DNA of 64,000 nt from Polyangiaceae bacterium (GTDB lineage: Bacteria; Myxococcota_A; Polyangia; Polyangiales; Polyangiaceae), in assembly GCA_050287085.1 (NCBI GenBank), contig JBNKBE010000001.1:192001-256000 (forward strand), in the 5' to 3' direction. The stretch's first letter is position 1. The number at the start of each line of letters is the position of its first letter. Below the pieces are notes generated by a model. The model made no database searches. It saw only the letters and a program-made list of their open reading frames with translations, and was not told the DNA's origin. A program made the translations under genes and the position numbers. Positions 31,115 through 37,952 of the stretch are shown here, one piece after another.

Positions 31115-33163
31115 GTGCTTGGACGTTCGAGAACGCGAAAGACGGAGCTTCTGGTTCGGGCTGAACCTAAGCCTCTTCGCCTGCTCAAGAAGGCAGAGCG
31201 AAAGCGTCGTTTGGTGATGATCGGAAACGGCATGGTGGGTCAGCACTTCTGCCGGCGCGCAGTCGAACGCGGCATGACCGACGCCTTCGAGTTCACGGTT
31301 CTTGGTGAGGAAAGCCGCTCGGCATACGACCGCGTGCACCTCACAGAGCTATTGCTTGAGAAGCAAACGACCGCCGGTCTCACGTTGGCGCCGCGCGAGT
31401 GGTACGAGGAACAGCGCGTTCTGCTGAAGACCGGAGACCCTGCCGTAGCGATCGACCGTGAAGCTAGAACCGTGCTCACTCGAAGTGGAGCACGTTATCC
31501 GTACGACTGTCTAGTCTTCGCGACAGGGTCGCGAGCAAATCGCCCACGCTTTGAGGGCTCCGACTTGGAGTCTGTCGTCACGTATCGCGACGTCGACAAC
31601 GCACTGCGCATACGCGCGCTCGCTCTGGACGCCATCTCGTCGGGACGGCCCATTGCGGTCCTGGGCGGAGGACTCCTGGGAGTCGAGATCGCGGAAGCAC
31701 TTCAAACGCTCGGCGTCGAATGCGTCGTGGTCGAAAGCTCATCGTATCTGCTTCCGAGGCAACTCACGCGAGCGGCCTCGCGCAGGGTGGCAGCCAAGTT
31801 GCGCGAGGCCGGACTCCGCCTTGAGCTCAATGCCCGAGTCAAGGCAGCTCGTCCGCTGGTGGCCGACGGCCATGAACTGCTTCGCTTGCATCTCGACAAC
31901 GACAAGGAGTTTCTCGTACGCGGCGTGGTAGTTGCAGCTGGTGTTAGGCCGCGAGACGAGCTCGCAAGGCAGAGCGAGCTTCGCTGCGACGACTACGGAG
32001 GCATCGAGGTCGACGACCACCTCAGAACCTCAGATCCGAACGTATTTGCCATTGGTGAGTGCGCCCGCCACGAGAACGTCTGCTATGGCCTGGTCGCACC
32101 GGGCTACCACATGGCGGAGGTTCTTCTCGACAACCTCCAGGGAAAGGGCACCAGGTTTAGACAGCTCCGCACGTCTTGCAGACTGAAAGTGAAGACTATC
32201 GAGCTCTCAGTCGTGGGTGACAGCTTCCTCGAGGGTCGCGAGGTCGCCAACTACACCCGCGAGCAAGATGACAACTATCGAGCTTTGGTGGTACGCAACG
32301 GGCGACTCATCGGAGCCACCGCCATTGGCGAGTGGTCAAGTTTTGCCGCAGTTCAGACCGCGGTGGGACGTCAACAGCGCTTGGGCGACCGGGCGGCGCG
32401 ACGCTTCGAACAGGGAGTAGAACTGTGGAGAGCCGCTGCCGCCGATGTATCTGCCTGGCCGGATGACGCCATTGTGTGCTCCTGCACAGGCGTGACGTGC
32501 GGAATGTTGCGAACAGCCAAAAAGAGCGGCTGCACCACGGGCGCAGCGCTGAGCGAGCGCACCGGAGCTGCCACGGTGTGCGGGACCTGCGCGCCCCTGC
32601 TGACTTCGCTTTCGGAGGGCGTCCCCGCGCAGGTCGCAACCAGGAGTCGAGCGCTGCTACCCCTCGCCGGGATTGCTGTCGTCCTTGCGCTCGTCGTCCT
32701 GGCGGCCCCGCCCATGCCTTTCGTCGATACGACGCTCGGAGGTGTTCATCTCGACGCGCTTTGGCGTACCACTGAGTTGCGCCAATTGACCGGCTTCGTT
32801 GTCCTCGGACTTGCCATTTGTCTGGGAGCGCTATCGATCCGCAAACGCGTCAAGCGAGTTAGACTCGGTTCTTTCGAGGGCTGGCGCACGGTCCACTTTG
32901 CCGTGGGCGCCCTTGCGATGATTGCCGTCGCTACACACACTGGCCTTCACCTAGGCCACAACCTCGATCAGGTGCTGCTCTTGGTCTTCGTCAGCGCCGG
33001 AGCGCTCGGCGGCGTCGCTGGAGGCGTCCTTGCGCTGGAAAGACGCCTCACTCCTGAGCATGGCGCGGCCCTGCGCCGGACTTACAACGCCATGCATTTC
33101 GCATTGACCTGGCCTCTGCCCGTCTTGCTGCTGGTGCACATAGTGAAGGTCTACTTCTTCTAA
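31115..33163 (+). CDS. NirB-like FAD/NAD(P)H oxidoreductase + BFD [2Fe-2S] domain fused to a C-terminal membrane domain (putative di-heme b)
   Basis: IGNGMVG, AYDRVHL, FATGS, LGGGLLGVE, AAGVRP, TSDPNVFAIGECA, GLVAPGY; CSC...CGTC; then about 5 TM helices with two H-x13-H pairs. No siroheme/[4Fe-4S] domain. Start uncertain. Confidence 0.88.
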   Translation: MLGRSRTRKTELLVRAEPKPLRLLKKAERKRRLVMIGNGMVGQHFCRRAVERGMTDAFEFTVLGEESRSAYDRVHLTELLLEKQTTAGLTLAPREWYEEQRVLLKTGDPAVAIDREARTVLTRSGARYPYDCLVFATGSRANRPRFEGSDLESVVTYRDVDNALRIRALALDAISSGRPIAVLGGGLLGVEIAEALQTLGVECVVVESSSYLLPRQLTRAASRRVAAKLREAGLRLELNARVKAARPLVADGHELLRLHLDNDKEFLVRGVVVAAGVRPRDELARQSELRCDDYGGIEVDDHLRTSDPNVFAIGECARHENVCYGLVAPGYHMAEVLLDNLQGKGTRFRQLRTSCRLKVKTIELSVVGDSFLEGREVANYTREQDDNYRALVVRNGRLIGATAIGEWSSFAAVQTAVGRQQRLGDRAARRFEQGVELWRAAAADVSAWPDDAIVCSCTGVTCGMLRTAKKSGCTTGAALSERTGAATVCGTCAPLLTSLSEGVPAQVATRSRALLPLAGIAVVLALVVLAAPPMPFVDTTLGGVHLDALWRTTELRQLTGFVVLGLAICLGALSIRKRVKRVRLGSFEGWRTVHFAVGALAMIAVATHTGLHLGHNLDQVLLLVFVSAGALGGVAGGVLALERRLTPEHGAALRRTYNAMHFALTWPLPVLLLVHIVKVYFF

Positions 33164-34452
33164 TGATGGCGCGCGCAGTCTGGCTCTGGCTCGCCGCAAG
33201 CGCCCTCGGAATCGGCTGGTTCTTGATCGCTCTATTGGGTCCATCCAAAGTTCAGAAGGCGGCCTTCTTGCCGGGCAAGACGACCCACGGACACTATCAG
33301 ATCGAACTCAGCTGCGATGCCTGCCACACACGCGCGTTCGGCGGGACTGAAGCGTTGGATGAAGGCTGTCGCAGCTGTCACGCCGCTGAGCTCCAGGAAG
33401 CCAAAGACTCGCACCCTACTTCCAAGTTCACCGATCCGCGTAACGCAGCCCGCGTCGCCATCTTGGACGCGCGCAGCTGCGTCGCCTGCCACAAGGAGCA
33501 CCAGCCAGAGCAAACCCACAGCATGGGACTGACTTTGCCGGAGGACTACTGCTTCAAGTGCCATGAGGACGTAGGCAAGGAACGACCAACTCACCAAGGG
33601 CTCGACTTCGCCACCTGCGCAAGTGGCGGATGTCACAACTTCCACGACAACCGCGCTCTATACGAAGACTTTCTTCTCGACCATGCCAGAGAGCCGGTGA
33701 ACAAGGACGACGGAAGGATGCCCGCAAGCACCGTAAGGCCGGTGAACTCCCTGTCCACCCCTGACCTCGTGTCACTGGCGGACAAGCTTGACGTCGAACA
33801 GCTTTCGGCCCTGAAGAGCACGGCACACGGTAGAAGTCCGCTGAACTGCAGCAGCTGCCACGAAAGTCGCGACGCGTCCGCGAAGGTCTCGATCGAGCGG
33901 TGCCGAAGTTGCCATGGTGAAGAAGCCGAAGCCTGGGAACAGAGCCACCATGGCATGAGCTACGCCGCAGGCAACGGACTGCTGCGAACCGGCCAGGCTC
34001 GCTTGCCAATGAAGGCTGGCTCCAATCAGAAAGCCCTGGACTGCAACTCGTGTCACCCGGCTCACGGCAACGACCCAGCCTACGCCTCATTTGAGGCGTG
34101 TATGCACTGTCACGACGATGAGCACTCCAATAGCTACTCGGGCAGCAAGCACTTCAAGACCTTCGAGCAAGCCATAGCCAGAGGCGCCCTGGAGACGGGG
34201 GTGTCCTGCGCAACGTGTCATCTTCCTCGCGTTCGCGGTAGCGGCGCTGGCAGCGTCCTGCACAACCCGAACGCGACTCTGCGCCCCAACGAAAAAATGG
34301 TGAGGCCCGTGTGCCTCAACTGCCACGGTCTTGCGTTCGCGCTCGACGCCCTCGCCGACGACGACTTGGTTCGACGCAACTTTCAGGGCCAGCCGAGTCG
34401 TCACGTCACCAGTATCGAGATGGCGGTCACGCGAGATGAACAGCACCATTGA
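33163..34452 (+). CDS. Membrane-anchored multiheme cytochrome c (10 CxxCH + 1 CxxxxCH)
   Basis: N-terminal hydrophobic anchor; motifs CDACH, CRSCH, CVACH, CFKCH, CASGGCH, CSSCH, CRSCH, CNSCH, CMHCH, CATCH, CLNCH. Start overlaps the upstream stop (TAATG). Confidence 0.93.
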   Translation: MMARAVWLWLAASALGIGWFLIALLGPSKVQKAAFLPGKTTHGHYQIELSCDACHTRAFGGTEALDEGCRSCHAAELQEAKDSHPTSKFTDPRNAARVAILDARSCVACHKEHQPEQTHSMGLTLPEDYCFKCHEDVGKERPTHQGLDFATCASGGCHNFHDNRALYEDFLLDHAREPVNKDDGRMPASTVRPVNSLSTPDLVSLADKLDVEQLSALKSTAHGRSPLNCSSCHESRDASAKVSIERCRSCHGEEAEAWEQSHHGMSYAAGNGLLRTGQARLPMKAGSNQKALDCNSCHPAHGNDPAYASFEACMHCHDDEHSNSYSGSKHFKTFEQAIARGALETGVSCATCHLPRVRGSGAGSVLHNPNATLRPNEKMVRPVCLNCHGLAFALDALADDDLVRRNFQGQPSRHVTSIEMAVTRDEQHH

Positions 34453-34575
34453 GAACCCCGTAGCGCCTCATTCACCTTCAACCACCAACCCACAGTCGAA
34501 TCGCAGACCTTCTTCGTACGAGCTCTCACTCGGAGCCAACGAACGCGGCCATATACCCACATCAAGGAGCAAACC

Positions 34576-35157
34576 ATGCAACTGTCCAAGTATACACTCG
34601 CAGCGGCCCTCGTCGGCGCCGTTGCAACGGCTGCCTGCGGCAGCAAGAGCAAGTCTGACGGTCCCAGCGCGGGCATATCCCCCCAGGTTATGGCCGATGC
34701 ATTGCACGCCGTCATGGCGTCCGATCGAACCGTCTACACCAAGAAGGTGGTCAACCGACTTGCCGTGCAAGAGAAGGTCATCAAGGCGAGCGAGCATTGG
34801 GAAGACGAAAAGACGCTACCGCTCCCTGCCCAGATGTTTCGGATGGGCGCGGAAATGGTCTCCGCCAAGAACTTAGGCTTCAGCTACGCTCTGCTTTCGG
34901 AGTGGCCCATCAACAAGCAAAACAATCCAAAGACTGACATCGAGATAAAAGGCCTTCGCTATGTCGCAGAAAACAAGGGCAAGAACTTCTACGGCGAAGA
35001 GGAGCTCGGGGGGCAGAAATACTTCACTGCCGTGTATGCGGACACCGGCGTCGCCGAAGCTTGTATCGGCTGTCACAATGGCCACAAGGACTCCCCCAAG
35101 ACGGACTTCAAGCTCGGCGACGTGATGGGTGGGGTGGTGCTCCGCATTCCAATCTAG
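34576..35157 (+). CDS. DUF3365/Tll0287-like monoheme c lipoprotein
   Basis: AAGGAG RBS; lipobox TAAC; DRTVYT, LPLPAQMFR, PINKQNNP, single CIGCH, and C-terminal FKLGDVMGGVVLRIP typical of DUF3365. Confidence 0.85.
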   Translation: MQLSKYTLAAALVGAVATAACGSKSKSDGPSAGISPQVMADALHAVMASDRTVYTKKVVNRLAVQEKVIKASEHWEDEKTLPLPAQMFRMGAEMVSAKNLGFSYALLSEWPINKQNNPKTDIEIKGLRYVAENKGKNFYGEEELGGQKYFTAVYADTGVAEACIGCHNGHKDSPKTDFKLGDVMGGVVLRIPI

Positions 35158-35176
35158 CGCCCCACACCGCGGTCCA

Positions 35177-35201
35177 CGCGTGGCGTCCGGAGCGCCACGC
35201 G
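35177..35201 (+). terminator. GC-rich hairpin closing the nrt/cytochrome locus
   Basis: CGCGTGGCG-TCCGGAG-CGCCACGCG perfect 9-bp stem about 20 nt after the stop; no U-tract. Confidence 0.55.
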
Positions 35202-35387
35202 AAGCCGTCCGCAACCCTCCATGGGCGTTGGGTCATTGACGACGCAGCCTCACCCGCCTACCCTACCGGTAGGTCTTTCGGCTCTGGTCGTCCCCTGCTA
35301 GCTGGAAGGATTCTGAGCTCCTTCCTCAAACTGTCCCCCTCAAGTTCATGAGGCTGCGACCGTACAGCACCTACAGGACTTGAGGCC

Positions 35388-35924
35388 ATGGTGGAACCGC
35401 CCGCTGAGCGACAGGATGAGCTGACCGCGCTAGACGAAGTCGTAGTCGATGCGACGAGGGGGCTTTTTGGCGCCTATGGCCTCGACATATGTGGCAACCG
35501 CTTCGCCCAAAGCGGGTGGCGAGGACCGGATGGGTCCTCCGCGAGCGTTGTTGGATTCACCAGCCCAGACTTCTCCGGGTCGCTGGTGATCGGCACCACG
35601 CTGGATATCGTTCGAGAGACCTCACCTGAGGCGTCCTCTCTACATGATTGGATGGGTGAACTCGCCAACCAACTCCTGGGACGAATCAAGAATCGGCTTC
35701 TCCGCTACGGTGTTGCGCTCGATATGGCGATTCCCGTCGTCATCATGGGTATAGAGCTACGCACGCCAGTAGTAGAAGGCCGACATGTCCTGGACTACGG
35801 CTTTGATTCAAAACTGGGAAAGATCGTAGTTCGCGTCGACTTGACGCCGACGTGGCGGCTTCACCCACCGTGTGACGGTGAGGACACCACAACGGCGGAA
35901 GAGGGAGAGCTGCTGCTCTTCTAA
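35388..35924 (+). CDS. cheX: CheX-family chemotaxis phosphatase
   Basis: SVVGFTSPDFSGSLVI, DWMGELANQLLG (ExxN), MAIPVVIMG, C-terminal EGELLLF. Confidence 0.85.
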   Translation: MVEPPAERQDELTALDEVVVDATRGLFGAYGLDICGNRFAQSGWRGPDGSSASVVGFTSPDFSGSLVIGTTLDIVRETSPEASSLHDWMGELANQLLGRIKNRLLRYGVALDMAIPVVIMGIELRTPVVEGRHVLDYGFDSKLGKIVVRVDLTPTWRLHPPCDGEDTTTAEEGELLLF

Positions 35925-35973
35925 ACATCAGGGATTGGTTCGCATAACAAGCTAGAACAGTAAGGAATTCGCA

Positions 35974-36342
35974 ATGAGCAAGAGAGTGCTGGTAGTCGAC
36001 GACTCCGCTACCATTCGTCAGCAAGTGCGCCTGGCGCTCGAGGGGGCAGCATTCGAGGTATTCGAGGCCGTGGACGGCATCGACGGTGTGAACAAGATCA
36101 ACGATCTTTCCGATCTGTCCGCCGTGATCTGTGACGTCAATATGCCCGGAAAGAGCGGTCTGGAGCTCTTGGAAACCGTGAAGGCGGAGGCCAAGAACGC
36201 CGACCTGCCGATCGTTATGTTGACGACAGAAGGTCAGCCAACGCTAGTTCAACGAGCCAAAAAAGCTGGAGCAAAAGGGTGGATAATCAAGCCGTTCAAA
36301 GCTGAGCTGCTGGTGGCGGCCCTCAAGAAGCTCACTGCGTAA
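35974..36342 (+). CDS. cheY: Single-domain response regulator (CheY)
   Basis: VLVVDDS, CDVNMP, MLTTE, AGAKGWIIKPF. Confidence 0.92.
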   Translation: MSKRVLVVDDSATIRQQVRLALEGAAFEVFEAVDGIDGVNKINDLSDLSAVICDVNMPGKSGLELLETVKAEAKNADLPIVMLTTEGQPTLVQRAKKAGAKGWIIKPFKAELLVAALKKLTA

Positions 36343-36349
36343 ACAACGT

Positions 36350-36380
36350 CTGGGGCTGGGCGAGCCAAGCCTAGCCCCAG
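36350..36380. terminator. Hairpin between convergent genes
   Basis: CTGGGGCTGGGC / GCCTAGCCCCAG 12-bp stem (one G-U pair), 7-nt loop. Confidence 0.6.
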
Positions 36381-36459
36381 CGAAGAAGGGTCGGGTGGAT
36401 ACCGCCCATCACGGCCCACGCAAGAAGGGCATGAGCGCCCGACGCTCCCAGGCATTGAC

Positions 36460-36945
36460 TCAGCCCGCGGAGGGAGTGAGCGAAGGGGCGCGGCACCAAT
36501 GCCCAAGACCATGCAGTAGCGCGCGTTGTTCCTGGCTCGTTTCATCAAAGTGGAAAGCCAATGTGGCCACACCACGGCGAAGCTCAATGAGTCTTACCAG
36601 CGTGGCGGAGAGCTCTAGTTGACGCTCCTCACCGTCGTGTCTGGCCCGCAGCCAGAAAGTCAGGTGGCAAGCCTCGACCAGCTCCAGCTGGTTGTGTTGA
36701 GCGAGATCAACCACGATACCGCTCTCAGAGACCTCGCGCACGAGCACGCTTTCTTCAACCTGTTCTCCCCGATGCTCCCGAACTATCTTGGCGATAACAC
36801 GCTGCGGATGCCGCGTCGCACGCGGGGGTCGTAGCTCGTCGATAAGCGCGGAGAGCTCAGCCCGCTCGGCGCCTTTGAGGCGCCCCAGATGCGGATACCG
36901 CTTCTTGTCCAACGTATAGTGCCCGTGGTCATCATCACTTGTCAT
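36460..36945 (-). CDS. Hypothetical protein with a degenerate PilZ-like domain
   Basis: PRATRHP...VREVSESGIVV...LSATLVR...LAFHF resembles the PilZ RxxxR / DxSxxG / final-strand pattern; start overlaps the cheB-like stop. Confidence 0.6.
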   Translation of the reverse strand: MTSDDDHGHYTLDKKRYPHLGRLKGAERAELSALIDELRPPRATRHPQRVIAKIVREHRGEQVEESVLVREVSESGIVVDLAQHNQLELVEACHLTFWLRARHDGEERQLELSATLVRLIELRRGVATLAFHFDETSQEQRALLHGLGHWCRAPSLTPSAG

Positions 36946-37952
36946 CGCTTGATGTTCTCCTGATGACTGGCGATCTGCGCGTCGATATACGCGGCCAGGT
37001 GGTCCAGTGGGAATACCCGCGGCCCTCCCCCCGTGTCGATCACACTCTGAGGCATAGCCCCCACCTCAGACGAGGCAGGGTCTTGCACCGCGAGGGTGCC
37101 GCCAGCTGCCGTGAATCGAAGTGCCCCCTCAGCGCCGTCACAACCGATACCCGTGAAAATCACTGCCGTGGCGGTCTTGGCCACTGCCGTCGCAGACTTG
37201 AGCAATGGGTCCGCTGACGGCCTCACGTGATTCACCTCGGGCTCGTCAGTCAGCAGAAAGGACTGACCGCTTTCAGCGATCCGCAAGTGATGACCTCCTG
37301 GGGCCAGGTATACGAGCCCAGCCTCCACTCGACTGCCATGTTCTGCCAGGCAGACTGTCACCTCCAAGCGCCCCTGCAATCTATGGCTAAACGTCTCAAC
37401 CATCCACGCCGGACCATGCTGCAATATCACGCAGCAGCAGCTGGCAAGCCACTTGGTTCGGGCGAGCACTTTCTGAATGGCCATGGGGCCTCCCGTCCCG
37501 GCCACCAGCAGGACGATGGGACAGTTTGTCTCCGCTTGTTGCCGTGGCGATAGAGTGCTGGGAGGCGTCAGCTCCAGAGGATGATGGTTCGAACGGGCAA
37601 GCGCGCGCTCGATACAGCGCCCCAATTCGTCGGCTCTCACCGGCTTTGCTAGATACTCATCCGCCCCTGCGTCCAAAGCCTGACTTCGCGCCTGGTCAGA
37701 AGCTGTGGCAGTCAGAATGACCATTGGCGGAGCTGGTCTGAGCACTTTGCGTAGCTCGGCTATCAACACCAGCCCGTCCATATTGGGCATCATCCAGTCG
37801 GTAAGAACCAGGTCGAACGGGCCCTGCGACTGACAGGTCGCTAGAGCCTCGATGCCATCGCGAGTGCGGACGTATTCATGGCCGAGCTTCTTGAGCATTC
37901 TGCCGATGAGCAGAGCGTTCGTGTCGTCGTCTTCAGCAACTAGGATGCGCAT
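36942..37952 (-). CDS. cheB: REC + CheB methylesterase-like protein (catalytic Ser replaced by Gly)
   Basis: REC (LVAEDD, TDWMMP, AKP); CheB domain VAGTGGP, LQHG, YLAPGGHHL, RPSADPL, FTGIGCDGAEG, QDPASSEVGAMP. Confidence 0.85.
   Translation of the reverse strand: MRILVAEDDDTNALLIGRMLKKLGHEYVRTRDGIEALATCQSQGPFDLVLTDWMMPNMDGLVLIAELRKVLRPAPPMVILTATASDQARSQALDAGADEYLAKPVRADELGRCIERALARSNHHPLELTPPSTLSPRQQAETNCPIVLLVAGTGGPMAIQKVLARTKWLASCCCVILQHGPAWMVETFSHRLQGRLEVTVCLAEHGSRVEAGLVYLAPGGHHLRIAESGQSFLLTDEPEVNHVRPSADPLLKSATAVAKTATAVIFTGIGCDGAEGALRFTAAGGTLAVQDPASSEVGAMPQSVIDTGGGPRVFPLDHLAAYIDAQIASHQENIKR

Noticed and set aside
31115..33163. Calling this gene nirB (assimilatory nitrite reductase)
   Set aside because: It lacks the C-terminal siroheme/[4Fe-4S] catalytic domain and there is no nirD; only the diaphorase half is homologous.
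33163..34452. Calling this gene nrfA or hao
   Set aside because: No CxxCK motif, 11 rather than 5 or 8 hemes, and no motif at the apparent HAO catalytic heme position.
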